Source: a virus. Taken from it: 64,000 nt of DNA. The notes below the pieces were generated by a model. It saw only the letters and a list, made by a program, of their open reading frames with translations, searched no databases and had not been told where the DNA came from. A program made the position numbers and the translations under genes. Position 1 is the stretch's first letter. The number at the start of each line of letters is the position of its first letter. Where the stretch lies: IMG/VR virus record IMGVR_UViG_3300026557_000003, positions 2,527-66,526 of that record. One strand, written 5' to 3'. Shown in pieces: positions 19,464 through 29,346 of the stretch.

Positions 19464-20045
19464 ATGGGAATCTCAACAGCGCCGTCAGTATCGGCAAGCG
19501 TCACTAGTACATTACAGTCCGGGTCGGCAGTTGCTGGTAAATTTGGCATCGATCAAACTACTCCGGGAAGTACAAACCTAGTCGAAGCGGCAAACATCCC
19601 CGCAAATATCGCTGTCACGCCGACCGTCAGTACGAGTCCGGCATATTCGTCAGGTGATGCCGTGGGCGGTCTTCAGGTATTAACCGGTGCTATTCGTCTC
19701 AACGCCGGAACATCGCTTCTTCGTTCGATAACCATCACCGATAAGGGCAATCAGAAGGTCGCCTTTGACATCATTTTCTTCAACGCTGCCCCGACAGCCC
19801 CGACTGATAATGCGGCATACGCGACACTGGGGACGGATATCGCCAAAGTTGTTGGCCGGGTCCGAATCCTGACAACCGACTATGATACGGTCAACTCCAT
19901 CGGGCTCGCGAGTCAGTTGAATATCGGATTGGTGATGGCATCGGGCGCGACTCAAAATCTGTGGGCGATTGTGGTCACAACCGGAACGCCGACTTACGCG
20001 AGCACGACCGACCTGACATTTACTTACAACTTCGAACAGAATTAA
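19464..20045 (+). CDS. Beta-rich virion protein
   Basis: Thr/Ser-rich; GGGAG RBS. Confidence 0.65.
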   Translation: MGISTAPSVSASVTSTLQSGSAVAGKFGIDQTTPGSTNLVEAANIPANIAVTPTVSTSPAYSSGDAVGGLQVLTGAIRLNAGTSLLRSITITDKGNQKVAFDIIFFNAAPTAPTDNAAYATLGTDIAKVVGRVRILTTDYDTVNSIGLASQLNIGLVMASGATQNLWAIVVTTGTPTYASTTDLTFTYNFEQN

Positions 20046-20053
20046 GAGGCGCA

Positions 20054-20434
20054 ATGCCCTACGTTTATTTCACTATCGACATCGCCGCAGATGGGCCGTT
20101 CAATCTCGGTAAGATTTTGACGGCCGCTGCGTCCAATTCAATCACCGGTTTGACGATCCGGAACGCGCCACAAAAGGACATATCGAATCAGTATATTACT
20201 GTTCAGCATAGTCCTCGTAGCGCGGCGAATGTGATCGGCCTGGCCGACAACAACTCGCTCGTGGTTAATGCGGACGGCGGTAATTACGCGACTGATTTCT
20301 ACGCGCGGTTGCTCCGTCGTGGCGAAGTCGAGCCACTTTTCCCGACAATGGGCAACTCGATTCACCCGCAGGACTGGTGGATCAACTCGGACATCAACGG
20401 GGCGATTATCTGTCTATTCTGGCAACTCTATTAG
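20054..20434 (+). CDS. Beta-rich virion protein
   Basis: GAGG RBS before ATG 20054. Confidence 0.6.
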   Translation: MPYVYFTIDIAADGPFNLGKILTAAASNSITGLTIRNAPQKDISNQYITVQHSPRSAANVIGLADNNSLVVNADGGNYATDFYARLLRRGEVEPLFPTMGNSIHPQDWWINSDINGAIICLFWQLY

Positions 20435-20446
20435 TTATGGTGACCT

Positions 20447-21958
20447 GTGAAAAGACTCTTCCTGCTACTGCTTTTCTCGCTTATCCTCGGTGGGGCCGTC
20501 GATGCTCAGACGGCCTCCATCTTGTTTGGTGGACCAACTGCCGGTAAACCTTCCAGTTGTAGTATCTCAGGTGGCCCTGATATCTATGTTGACACAACAA
20601 CCCACACAGTATTTGTATGCAAAAGCTCGGGCGTTTGGGGGAATGGGTTTTCAATCGATGGCGCCAGCGGCGGAATAACAAACTCCGCGGGAAATAATGT
20701 CATCACCAAATCGGATGGCACAAATATCGTGGCGTCTGGTTTAAGCGACAATGGTACGACGATAACCGCGGCTGAAACCCTAGCCCTGGGAACAAATAGC
20801 TTGACGATGACCGGTTCGCTGGGTGCTACTGGCGCGCGATTAACCAAGGGCTGGTTTACTGATCTTCAGGTCACTAATGCAATCGCCGGGAGCGTCACGG
20901 GAAACGCTGCGAATATCACTGGAAATCTCGCGGTTGCCAATCTCAACTCCGGTACATCTGCATCATCGTCGACGTTCTGGCGTGGTGACGGCACGTGGGC
21001 TACACCGACTGCCGGTTCTCCCGGTGGCTCAAATACGCAGCTTCAATATAACAATTCCTCGGCCTTTGGTGGCATCTCAGGTGCGACCACGGACGGGACG
21101 ACGTTAACTGCCGTTAGTCCGATTATCCTGAACATTGCCCCGGCTGCAGACTTCACCATCACCCAGAACACCAATAAGACGCCATTTAAGTCCGTCAATA
21201 CGGCAGCGGCCAATAACACCTTAACTCTGAGTGGTGGCCAAACTTGGCTAGGAACGGCAACAGGCGGTTACAAGCTCGATGTTCGAGATACGACCGCAAC
21301 GTCTATTGTTCATTTTTCACAGGGTAACGCCGATTCCGGTGGTTATCTCGTCAATAATGCCGCGGACAACGCCTATATGACCGCTGGAGCGAATCTAAAC
21401 GCGGCGGGGTCAAGCTGGGTTGCGAAGTCCACGACGGCCGTTCTCTTTGGGGCAAATGGTGGAGTCACCACAATTTATCAGGACACAGGATTGACTGCTG
21501 GAAATAACTATACCCCAACCGCCAGATTTTCGATTGGAACGACCGGTATCATCACATTCAATACTACAAATTATGCGAGTTGTACGGCTCTTACAACCAC
21601 GGCCGGCGGAGTAGTTAGCTGCACCGCATCTGATGCCCGCCTGAAACAGGATTTCCAGCGATTCAACAACGGTCTTGATTCAATCCGAAAAGTCAATCCG
21701 ACGATATACAAATGGCGCGAAGGCACGATGTATTCTGACGGCGGCAAGGTCCACCTTGGATTAGTAGCGCAAAATGCAAGGGCCGCAAATCCATTATTTG
21801 TATCCGAGCAGGGTAATGGAACTCTACAACTTGAACCGACAGCGATTCAGGCAGCGTCCATCTCAGCAATCCAAGAACTAGACAAGAAGATCACGGCATT
21901 AACTGCGCTGATCGAGGCGCAGCAAAAGGAAATCAACAAACTGCGCCACAGGAAATAA
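20447..21958 (+). CDS. Tail fibre with C-terminal peptidase S74 intramolecular chaperone and N-terminal signal-peptide-like sequence
   Basis: SDARLKQ...IRKVNPTIYKW...GLVAQ plus terminal coiled coil; Gly/Thr-rich shaft; MKRLFLLLLFSLILGGAVDA|Q. Confidence 0.85.
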   Translation: MKRLFLLLLFSLILGGAVDAQTASILFGGPTAGKPSSCSISGGPDIYVDTTTHTVFVCKSSGVWGNGFSIDGASGGITNSAGNNVITKSDGTNIVASGLSDNGTTITAAETLALGTNSLTMTGSLGATGARLTKGWFTDLQVTNAIAGSVTGNAANITGNLAVANLNSGTSASSSTFWRGDGTWATPTAGSPGGSNTQLQYNNSSAFGGISGATTDGTTLTAVSPIILNIAPAADFTITQNTNKTPFKSVNTAAANNTLTLSGGQTWLGTATGGYKLDVRDTTATSIVHFSQGNADSGGYLVNNAADNAYMTAGANLNAAGSSWVAKSTTAVLFGANGGVTTIYQDTGLTAGNNYTPTARFSIGTTGIITFNTTNYASCTALTTTAGGVVSCTASDARLKQDFQRFNNGLDSIRKVNPTIYKWREGTMYSDGGKVHLGLVAQNARAANPLFVSEQGNGTLQLEPTAIQAASISAIQELDKKITALTALIEAQQKEINKLRHRK

Positions 21959-22539
21959 TGACGACGACCTTAACAACTGAATCAATCTGCTTAATCGCGC
22001 TTTCGCGAATCAGCCCTAGCGGTCAAAAGGGTGATCCGCTACACGCGTTATTGCGTGGAAACCTACCTGCGGCTCTGAATACACTTGCCACGCGGGTTTC
22101 GATGGATGGCCGTCGTCGTCTGCTTTCGCGTGAGTTTGACTTTACGATTGATGGCCCGACCCAGAGCGTTGACCTGTCGCCTGCAACATCAGCGAACGAA
22201 CCGTTGTTGTTGCCATACGATCCGAGCAACGGAAACTATCTACCGTTTACGGCCTGTCGAATAGCCGGAATCGACGCCTATATGATTGCTGATCGACAAG
22301 GACTCGCAATCAAAGAACTGGACGATGGCTATCTCTATTACGCGATTGAGTCACAGAAACTTTATCTTAATTCGCAGACGCCTTTGACCGGTCAAGTGGT
22401 AGTCACCGGTAGTTTTATTCCGGCAATCGACCTGACAACCGAGACGATGCCGACGCTACCGCCAGAATTCGAGGATGACATTGTTGCATTACTAGTTGAA
22501 ACGTTTATGAGTGCCCAACAAGGGCAACAGGCGGCATAA
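21958..22539 (+). CDS. Adaptor-like virion protein
   Basis: PTLPPEFEDDIVALLVE motif similar to 18426-19115. Confidence 0.5.
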   Translation: MTTTLTTESICLIALSRISPSGQKGDPLHALLRGNLPAALNTLATRVSMDGRRRLLSREFDFTIDGPTQSVDLSPATSANEPLLLPYDPSNGNYLPFTACRIAGIDAYMIADRQGLAIKELDDGYLYYAIESQKLYLNSQTPLTGQVVVTGSFIPAIDLTTETMPTLPPEFEDDIVALLVETFMSAQQGQQAA

Positions 22540-22568
22540 GATCATAAGGACGTGATTGGAGGACATGG

Positions 22569-23144
22569 ATGTCCGAAGATTCGCAATTCGATATTCCGGA
22601 ATACATCAAGAAACGCTTTGAAGGCGACGAACTGAAGGCCGTGCAAGAGGAACAGGCGCGGTTGCGGTCGAGATATGGCTACGACGCCAATAGAATCCGG
22701 ACAATGAGCCGGGTTCAACGAGATTTTGAACACAATGAGCGGGAGGTCTTGCTTGCGTCGGAGATGCTTGGCGTTCTATTAAAGGAATCGCCTTTGCCAG
22801 AAGCTGAGATTACTTTTCAGCGACGCCGATTGTCGGAGGCGCTCTGGCGAACGGGAAAACTCGAAGAAGCTCTGATCGCCGCTGCGGACAAAGCGCAATT
22901 CGACAAGGTTCTAGCAATTAAGGCGGCGGTTGAATCGGACGATCTCGAAGTCTGCAACTGTGAGGACGCTAAACACAAGGGTCTAAATATCACACGATAC
23001 GCGACAAAGACCCATATCTTTTCACCGAAACACGGCAAGATAATGCCGATGAAGCAGTGCTCGATATGCGGCCATTTGAATTGCTGTGGGAATATTCCGG
23101 CTAGGCCAAAAGACTCAATCCTTCGCCAAGGAGTCGTTAGATAA
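22569..23144 (+). CDS. Hypothetical helical protein with C-terminal Cys cluster
   Basis: GGAGG RBS; CNC...CSICGHLNC. Confidence 0.65.
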   Translation: MSEDSQFDIPEYIKKRFEGDELKAVQEEQARLRSRYGYDANRIRTMSRVQRDFEHNEREVLLASEMLGVLLKESPLPEAEITFQRRRLSEALWRTGKLEEALIAAADKAQFDKVLAIKAAVESDDLEVCNCEDAKHKGLNITRYATKTHIFSPKHGKIMPMKQCSICGHLNCCGNIPARPKDSILRQGVVR

Positions 23145-23670
23145 CATGAGCCCAAGCCAATCTTCTTATAACTCTACTGATCACGCTGGCGTCCATTCCG
23201 ACTATGCCCGCGATGTCCACACATTTCATTCCGGTTGCCGCCATAGCTCTAACTTCTCGGACTTTTTCCGGACACAGTTTCGCCTGTGGAAGTGCGGTAC
23301 CCATGCCGCGTTTATGTCCCGGGAGGTCAAATGCCCCGCGTTTTTTCTTGGCGCAATCGACAGAATTATCTCTGGGCGTACCAAGAAAGAGATGCGCCGG
23401 GTTCACGCATCTAGGCACATCGCATCGGTGAAGAACGCAAAGAGAAGGCCAGCACTGATGTTCCAGAAAATACGAGAGACGACTTGCGATAACGCCTCGC
23501 CTACCAATCATCATGCCTCCGTATTCCATTCGACCAGAAATGCGTTTGGCACCGGTCCATCGCCAACAGTCGCCTTGCGGGCCATAGCCGGGTGTTTTGT
23601 CAACCTTTGCCCAAAATCTATCAATATGCTTTTCGGTTACGATGGGTTGTTGTATGTTAACAGCGGTCAT
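23137..23670 (-). CDS. HNH homing endonuclease (HNH-2)
   Basis: RFWAKVDK...CWRWTG...[28 protein letters not shown]-terminal HTH. Confidence 0.92.
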   Translation of the reverse strand: MTAVNIQQPIVTEKHIDRFWAKVDKTPGYGPQGDCWRWTGAKRISGRMEYGGMMIGRRGVIASRLSYFLEHQCWPSLCVLHRCDVPRCVNPAHLFLGTPRDNSVDCAKKKRGAFDLPGHKRGMGTALPQAKLCPEKVREVRAMAATGMKCVDIAGIVGMDASVISRVIRRLAWAHVI

Positions 23671-23793
23671 AGTGCGAATCTCCTTATTAGATTCCTGCCT
23701 TGGCTAGGACTGTTGAGGTATTTCCGTATCTCGGCAGTCCGTTTCTATTATAGACATTATCGTATTACCGTCAATCATTTAAGTGAGGTGTAA
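23146..23793 (+). CDS. Antisense bridging ORF spanning the HNH-2 cassette (candidate)
   Basis: AAGGAG RBS; ATG 2 nt after the upstream stop; its TAA abuts the TTG of the next gene. Confidence 0.4.
   Translation: MSPSQSSYNSTDHAGVHSDYARDVHTFHSGCRHSSNFSDFFRTQFRLWKCGTHAAFMSREVKCPAFFLGAIDRIISGRTKKEMRRVHASRHIASVKNAKRRPALMFQKIRETTCDNASPTNHHASVFHSTRNAFGTGPSPTVALRAIAGCFVNLCPKSINMLFGYDGLLYVNSGHSANLLIRFLPWLGLLRYFRISAVRFYYRHYRITVNHLSEV
23671..23774 (-). promoter_or_regulatory. HNH-2 promoter and leader
   Basis: TTGACG-16-TATAAT; GGACTG/CAGTCC stem; CTAGCCA; GAATCT-aataagg-AGATTC. Confidence 0.7.
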
Positions 23794-25836
23794 TTGGGCG
23801 CACCGTGGAGCATTCCAATCAATTTCGAAGGCGGCTTTATCGGGCAGGAGATAACACCTGACGCCGTCAGTTCGAATCATCTGATCTCGCCTAGTCAGAA
23901 CCTTCTCTATAGCGTCCTCGGTCAACTGGAAAGCTTTCAGGGCTGCATCGCTGGTCTTACGAATGTCGGTGGTCCCCAGATTCAGACCGTCGGCGATACC
24001 TGGGTAACTCTCAATGGTGGAACGGCTGCATACTATACCGGTAAGTCAATCTGGTTCAACGGCGGCTCTGGTCCGGTAAAAACTCCCAATCCATCAAACC
24101 CGGCGGCAATCGTCACCCTTGGGACGAATAGCAGTATCCTGCAAGTTGCGGTCTTAAAGAACGGTGTCTATCAAACGGCATTACAGGCCGGATTAAGTGC
24201 TCCTGATGCGCCGGTTCTTGCTGGCCTCGCAACTCCTGGCGTCGGGTTCACCGGAAAGAATACCGGTACATTTGCGGCCGAGATAAGCAAGATCAGAATC
24301 ACTACTGGCGCTGAGAGTAATCCAAGCCCACCATCGAATGTGGTCGCTGTCACCGCGCAATCGATCAGTATCCAAATTGACGGCCCACCGGTTGACGGAA
24401 CGACCGGTTACAACGTCTATGTGACTGCCAATGGATTTGCCGAGAGTGGTCCTTTTTTGATTCTGCTGCAAATTCAGGAGGTCGATCTGACTGATAATGG
24501 AACAGGATCGATCACGATTGCGACAAAAAACTACACGGCATTAACCGGTCACGTTTACACCGCAAATGATGTTGGCAAACAGATTATTATCGGTGGGACG
24601 TTCACAACCGTAATCGATACCGTTACCGATGCGACCCATATTATTGTTCACGACAATGCACCTGGAACGGTCGTAGGCGCGGCGACGGTCATCAATGCTT
24701 TTCTGAATGGTGTCCCACGTGCTATCGAGATTGAATGGTCGGATGGTGAATTGATCCTGAGCCAGACTCCACCGATAGACCACGATCCGCCGCCGTCTGG
24801 CACTTCCTGCGCGGCCATCGGTAACGTGATGAATGTCGGTGGTTGCTACTCTGGTGTCGGTTGGGCCTGCTCGGATGCCGGGCAACCTGAAGCCTTTAAC
24901 CCCGACAACGTTTCGTTTCTATCAGAGCCTTTACAGTTTCCGTTAGGACGCCCACAAGACGGATTTATATATCTCGTCTGTGCGAATTCGATAAGTGCTG
25001 CTGTCTATACTGGTGCTGTCAATGGTCCGCCTGTGATGGTGAGGCAGATTTGGGACCGGGTAGGTTGTGCCGGGTTTGCATCGGCCGCAATATTTGCGAA
25101 GACCCTTTATCTGTTTACGAATGGCAAGAAGATCGCGCGAATCGATCCAAATGGAAATCTTGATTACGAATTCTCAAAACCGATCAATGCCGAGATCGCA
25201 AGTTGGGATGCATCGAAAGTTGTCGTCGGCTATAGCGATGAGCGACAGGCAATGTGTTTTATTCATAATCAGGAAATACTCTGTTTCCATATGAACCTAC
25301 CAAACGGTCGCGGCGGGATGGGCAGATGGTCAACACCATTAAATCTTGCGGCTGTCACCGGTTCGGGGAACCCGACTGGTAATATCACAGGTGCGTACAC
25401 GAACGCCGGAAAACTCTATTTGCTGGCTTTTGAATCCGCCAATTACAATATTTATAAGTTCGATGAATCGGGGGCAGGTGTCAGTACCTGGTTCTTTACA
25501 ACCGGTTGGCAAACAGCCTCAGGCGGTCTTGCGCCCGCTGAAGGTTTTCGCGGAACTAGAATCAGTCAGGACCTAAAGACGACAAAGAAGATTCTCTTGG
25601 ATTACTCGAGCTCGACTGATATTGCGCTGGCTGGTGGTATCTATAATTTCAATCTCGGGACGGGCGCGTTTGTGCGCCCGATTTCAACGACCCTGCCGCA
25701 CGCCAAGAGAATATCAAAATGGATGCGGGCAAACATTAAAGCCGGTCGGATATTCGCGGTCAATTTTGGAGGTACTGGCGCGGGTCAAAAGTTTTATGCA
25801 CTCGAAGTGGAAGGGGTAAGCAGTCGGATTCACTGA
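23794..25836 (+). CDS. Tail nozzle/DNA-stabilisation-like protein (P22 gp10-like beta-propeller)
   Basis: 680 aa beta-rich with internal Ig/fibre-like insert; synteny. Confidence 0.6.
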   Translation: MGAPWSIPINFEGGFIGQEITPDAVSSNHLISPSQNLLYSVLGQLESFQGCIAGLTNVGGPQIQTVGDTWVTLNGGTAAYYTGKSIWFNGGSGPVKTPNPSNPAAIVTLGTNSSILQVAVLKNGVYQTALQAGLSAPDAPVLAGLATPGVGFTGKNTGTFAAEISKIRITTGAESNPSPPSNVVAVTAQSISIQIDGPPVDGTTGYNVYVTANGFAESGPFLILLQIQEVDLTDNGTGSITIATKNYTALTGHVYTANDVGKQIIIGGTFTTVIDTVTDATHIIVHDNAPGTVVGAATVINAFLNGVPRAIEIEWSDGELILSQTPPIDHDPPPSGTSCAAIGNVMNVGGCYSGVGWACSDAGQPEAFNPDNVSFLSEPLQFPLGRPQDGFIYLVCANSISAAVYTGAVNGPPVMVRQIWDRVGCAGFASAAIFAKTLYLFTNGKKIARIDPNGNLDYEFSKPINAEIASWDASKVVVGYSDERQAMCFIHNQEILCFHMNLPNGRGGMGRWSTPLNLAAVTGSGNPTGNITGAYTNAGKLYLLAFESANYNIYKFDESGAGVSTWFFTTGWQTASGGLAPAEGFRGTRISQDLKTTKKILLDYSSSTDIALAGGIYNFNLGTGAFVRPISTTLPHAKRISKWMRANIKAGRIFAVNFGGTGAGQKFYALEVEGVSSRIH

Positions 25837-27347
25837 TGTCCAGTTTTGCAATACCATTAGGTGATAACTTCGCACAGACGCTACAGGAAAGGGCGCTGCT
25901 CGACCACCTGACGACCGCACTTGCCTCGGGCAATATTCAGGCGTTTGCTCAGGCTGTAGCTGCGGCGCTGACCTCTGGTGTAATCGTCAACCTGCTACGT
26001 AATAGCGATCTGAATACCTCGGACGCCGGTCGTCGTGGATTTACTTATTCAATCGGTGGTGGTGCGGTAAACGATGCTGCGAACGTCTGCGCATTTTGGT
26101 ATGCGCCTGGAAGCGCGGCGGCCGGTCCTTTTGTTGACAGCGTGACGGCAACAGAGAGTCCTGATGCCATCGCGGCCGTCAAGTACGTTTCTGACGGCGC
26201 AATCAGTACTGGAAGCCCTCACGCGCTTTCGATGGTGACCGCAACTTTTCTCGCCTCGGATGTCGGTAGGGCTGTCTGGATTGATGGCGCATTGGGGGGC
26301 GCGCCACTTATAACAACCATTTCAGCCTTTACCGATAGCACGCATGTAACTGTTACAGCGGCGGCGACCTCGACTGTTTCAGGAAAACTTGTGCGCATCT
26401 ACAACGCAGGGGCCAGCACCGTCTGGAATTTACCAAAAGGCTACGTCGAATGGGGTGGCGCTTTTACACTAATGAGTCCGCTGGAAAAGAACTTCGTCAG
26501 GCCCGGCGTGGCAAACAGTATTTTTATCATTGGTAGCGTCAGGCTCAATCCGGACACAGGCGCGTTACCGCTCACCGACGGCTACCGAGTTCGAGTTTCC
26601 TGCTGGGATAACACCGCAGGACAGGTGAAGATAATCGAAGGCGCGCCAATTCCGATTTCAGCGGCTCTTATTCGTGGTGCTGGCGCGGTCACACGAAAGT
26701 ATATTGTTAAATACTTTACGGCCGCCGGGGATTTCTGGTTTTCGGATGCGGTGTCACCTGTGGCTGTTACGTCGACTCCTGACCCTACGGCGGTCGATCC
26801 GGGACAAGTGGAAGTTACATTTCCGACCTATCCAGGGGTACGGACATATGAGGTTTATCGGTCTGATTCAGTTGCCGGTTTCAGTAACTTCTACCGGATC
26901 GCCACTGAGTCGACCGGGATAAGCAGCGCTCAGGATGTTGGTGGCAGATTTGAAGGACCGTATACTATCGCGGCAAAGAACTGGCGAGCGCAGGCGTTTG
27001 CGGCCGGGGTCATCGGCTCTGGCTGGTCACCGATAAGCTTCCATATCTTAACACCGGCGACATACAACCTGGGCATAACGGCAGCAAATTCACAATGGCT
27101 ACGATTCGATATTGTGGATGCGAGCGGTGCTGTTGTTTCGATACCACCGTGGACGCTTAATTTCGACTTCGCCGGGTTTAGTTATGCGTCAGGAAAATGG
27201 CAGATGTCGGCCTCGGATCAACAGGCGGCCGGGGACTTCGAATCGAAAAGTCCCTCGCCTTCCGGGGGTATTCCGTCTGGCGGCGGTGGCGATCCGGGCG
27301 GTGGTGGATCGATCGGGCGTGGCGGCAATCAAGACCTTGGGTTCTAA
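25836..27347 (+). CDS. Virion tail protein
   Basis: TGATG coupling; beta-rich; contains a segment resembling the insert in the previous gene. Confidence 0.6.
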   Translation: MSSFAIPLGDNFAQTLQERALLDHLTTALASGNIQAFAQAVAAALTSGVIVNLLRNSDLNTSDAGRRGFTYSIGGGAVNDAANVCAFWYAPGSAAAGPFVDSVTATESPDAIAAVKYVSDGAISTGSPHALSMVTATFLASDVGRAVWIDGALGGAPLITTISAFTDSTHVTVTAAATSTVSGKLVRIYNAGASTVWNLPKGYVEWGGAFTLMSPLEKNFVRPGVANSIFIIGSVRLNPDTGALPLTDGYRVRVSCWDNTAGQVKIIEGAPIPISAALIRGAGAVTRKYIVKYFTAAGDFWFSDAVSPVAVTSTPDPTAVDPGQVEVTFPTYPGVRTYEVYRSDSVAGFSNFYRIATESTGISSAQDVGGRFEGPYTIAAKNWRAQAFAAGVIGSGWSPISFHILTPATYNLGITAANSQWLRFDIVDASGAVVSIPPWTLNFDFAGFSYASGKWQMSASDQQAAGDFESKSPSPSGGIPSGGGGDPGGGGSIGRGGNQDLGF

Positions 27348-27351
27348 AGGA

Positions 27352-27861
27352 TTAAATATGCGTCCAGTTTTCTCCGCGAAGAATATGTGCAATCTCACTT
27401 CTACTCAAATTGAATTTGATCGCAAGCTGGCGTCTCGACAGCAGGCCTCCAAGGCTACGTATTTCGCGCACCGCCTCTTCTGTTGTCTTTGCCATTCCAT
27501 GATTAGAACCTCTACGAAGTCTATTTCTAACTCTCGCGTCTTCTGCGTTCTCAGCCGCCGTTCCTTCGCGAAGATGATCTGGATTAACGCAATTTTTAAT
27601 ATCACAGCCATGGAGCACGTACAATTCAGGCCATTTATTGTAAGCAATGCGATAAGAAGCTACGTGCGCTCCTACCTGGACTTTTCGAAATTGAATCTTG
27701 CCGGGTTGAATCCCGGCCTTCATTTTTGGACGGCGATTGCCAGTTTTCCATTTCCAGCAAGTGCCCCACGGGCCGTATCCGGTGGACTTATCAACCTTTG
27801 TCCAGAAATAGTTAATATCCTTGTCGGTGAGTTGAAGGCGGTTTATATTATCAGTAGCCAT
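27352..27861 (-). CDS. HNH homing endonuclease (HNH-3)
   Basis: FWTKVDK...CWKW...VLHGCDIKNCVNPDHLREGTAAENAED. Confidence 0.92.
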   Translation of the reverse strand: MATDNINRLQLTDKDINYFWTKVDKSTGYGPWGTCWKWKTGNRRPKMKAGIQPGKIQFRKVQVGAHVASYRIAYNKWPELYVLHGCDIKNCVNPDHLREGTAAENAEDARVRNRLRRGSNHGMAKTTEEAVREIRSLGGLLSRRQLAIKFNLSRSEIAHILRGENWTHI

Positions 27862-27939
27862 TTCTTGAAATCTACCTTTCAATTTTGGTTAGAGGCTTCG
27901 GGTTGCAGAAACAACTCGGGGCCTCATCGTGCATTATAG
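27358..27939 (+). CDS. Antisense bridging ORF spanning the HNH-3 cassette (candidate)
   Basis: AAGGA RBS; ATG 11 nt after the upstream stop; TAG 18 nt before the next start. Confidence 0.4.
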   Translation: MRPVFSAKNMCNLTSTQIEFDRKLASRQQASKATYFAHRLFCCLCHSMIRTSTKSISNSRVFCVLSRRSFAKMIWINAIFNITAMEHVQFRPFIVSNAIRSYVRSYLDFSKLNLAGLNPGLHFWTAIASFPFPASAPRAVSGGLINLCPEIVNILVGELKAVYIISSHFLKSTFQFWLEASGCRNNSGPHRAL

Positions 27940-27941
27940 CA
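27865..27941 (-). promoter_or_regulatory. HNH-3 promoter and leader
   Basis: TGcTATAAT; GAGGC/GCCTC stem with TGTTTCTGCA loop; CTAACCA; TTGAAA-ggtaga-TTTCAA. Confidence 0.7.
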
Positions 27942-27956
27942 CGGAAGGAGTGTATT

Positions 27957-28550
27957 TTGGGCTCGGGCAATGATCAAGCAAAACAATTAGCGAACAAAGC
28001 CGATACTTCATCGGTAACGACGCTTGACAACTCGACCTTTAATCCGCTTGCCAAAGCTGGAATTGACAGGGCTGGCACTGATCTTCAGAATATTCAGGCC
28101 GGTAAGTTCGGGAGCCTGCCACTTGTTCAGGCGGTCAATCAGGCGGCGAACAGGTTGAAATCGTGGAATCCGGCCCCAATGGGTGATGCTGCGCTGGCCG
28201 CCGGTGCGAGCGGGCAAGGTGGGTATGCGACCGCAGAGGACTCCTATCGTCGGAGATTACAGGACCGGGCCGTTAGCGACCTGATGCCACAGGCGGTGGA
28301 GGCTGAGCGGAATTATTCGAGTTCCATATTATACCCTGGGGCGCAGGGTGAATCGGCTTATGATTTAGCCAAGGCTGCTGGCTACGCGGGCGCGGGAGGC
28401 CAAGCTGCAAATTTGTACAATCTGGAATCGAATAACGGGTTCTGGAATCATCTGACGAACTCACTTGGCCAGAGTCTCGGCCAAAGTCTTGGCGGCGTCA
28501 GTGGTAGCTACAATAGCGGAAACGGCCAGTTCACGGGTGGCTTTGGTTAA
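27957..28550 (+). CDS. Ejection/pilot-like protein (P22 gp7-like)
   Basis: GGAAGGAG RBS with TTG; Gly/Ala/Asn-rich, GQSLGQSLGG C-terminus. Confidence 0.6.
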   Translation: MGSGNDQAKQLANKADTSSVTTLDNSTFNPLAKAGIDRAGTDLQNIQAGKFGSLPLVQAVNQAANRLKSWNPAPMGDAALAAGASGQGGYATAEDSYRRRLQDRAVSDLMPQAVEAERNYSSSILYPGAQGESAYDLAKAAGYAGAGGQAANLYNLESNNGFWNHLTNSLGQSLGQSLGGVSGSYNSGNGQFTGGFG

Positions 28551-29254
28551 AGAATATGCTTCCACGTTTCACGTCTAACAACATTTCGGATGGTGGCGGG
28601 GCTTACACCGTATCGCTTCCCCTGTGCGTAAAGAGAGCATATCGCTGCGTTCTGGCGTATCTCTCTAACATCCTTTTCAGTCAGACGCGCAAAGCAATGC
28701 AATTCGCCCCTCGCTGGCCTTTGCTGGCTTGCTGCATTGGTGGCGTCTTCGACATGTTTCCAGGTCTGACATTTAATGATCCTCTTTGCAGTACAGGCTG
28801 CAACGCTGAACCTACGACCTATTTCTTCGTAACTCAATCGCGGAAAAAGCGAACGAAGTTCTGTTATTTCGACCTCTGTAAGTGTTGTGTTGTAATTATC
28901 TTCTCCCCGTATCCCGCGGCCCTTCGCTGCCATATCAGCACTATTCTCAGCGTTCGTGCCCTTGAAAAGGTGTGCGGGATTAACGCAGGAACGGTTATCG
29001 CAGTGATGGCAAACGAGCAATTTTGGCCATTCGTGAAAATGAACCATAAAGGAGAATCGGTGGGCTCCTACTATTCTCCTTGGAATGCCTCGTTGTATGA
29101 TCGCCAGACTTCCGTATCCTTGATTGCCAATAGTGCCAGTCCACGACCAGCAATCTCCGTCAGGACCAAAACCCGGCGTTTTGTCAACTCTTTCCCAGAA
29201 CATTTTAAGATGCTTGTCGGTAAACACCGGTGGGTTTATATTAGTCGAAGCCAT
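28547..29254 (-). CDS. HNH homing endonuclease (HNH-4)
   Basis: FWERVDK...CWSWTG...[27 protein letters not shown]; duplicated C-terminal HTH. Confidence 0.92.
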   Translation of the reverse strand: MASTNINPPVFTDKHLKMFWERVDKTPGFGPDGDCWSWTGTIGNQGYGSLAIIQRGIPRRIVGAHRFSFMVHFHEWPKLLVCHHCDNRSCVNPAHLFKGTNAENSADMAAKGRGIRGEDNYNTTLTEVEITELRSLFPRLSYEEIGRRFSVAACTAKRIIKCQTWKHVEDATNAASQQRPARGELHCFARLTEKDVREIRQNAAICSLYAQGKRYGVSPATIRNVVRRETWKHIL

Positions 29255-29332
29255 ATTCTGAATCACCTTTCAGTTTGTTGGTTAGAGCCGCTGCGGACAT
29301 TTAGCGTGTCCGCGCGGCTTGCTGTATTTTAA
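28556..29332 (+). CDS. Antisense bridging ORF spanning the HNH-4 cassette (candidate)
   Basis: ATG 6 nt after the upstream stop; TAA 15 nt before the next start; weak RBS. Confidence 0.4.
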   Translation: MLPRFTSNNISDGGGAYTVSLPLCVKRAYRCVLAYLSNILFSQTRKAMQFAPRWPLLACCIGGVFDMFPGLTFNDPLCSTGCNAEPTTYFFVTQSRKKRTKFCYFDLCKCCVVIIFSPYPAALRCHISTILSVRALEKVCGINAGTVIAVMANEQFWPFVKMNHKGESVGSYYSPWNASLYDRQTSVSLIANSASPRPAISVRTKTRRFVNSFPEHFKMLVGKHRWVYISRSHILNHLSVCWLEPLRTFSVSARLAVF

Positions 29333-29334
29333 CA
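29258..29334 (-). promoter_or_regulatory. HNH-4 promoter and leader
   Basis: TGtTAAAAT; AGCCGC-GCGGACA stem with CGCTAAA loop; CTAACCA; CTGAA-aggtga-TTCAG. Confidence 0.7.
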
Positions 29335-29346
29335 CAGATTTGGAGT

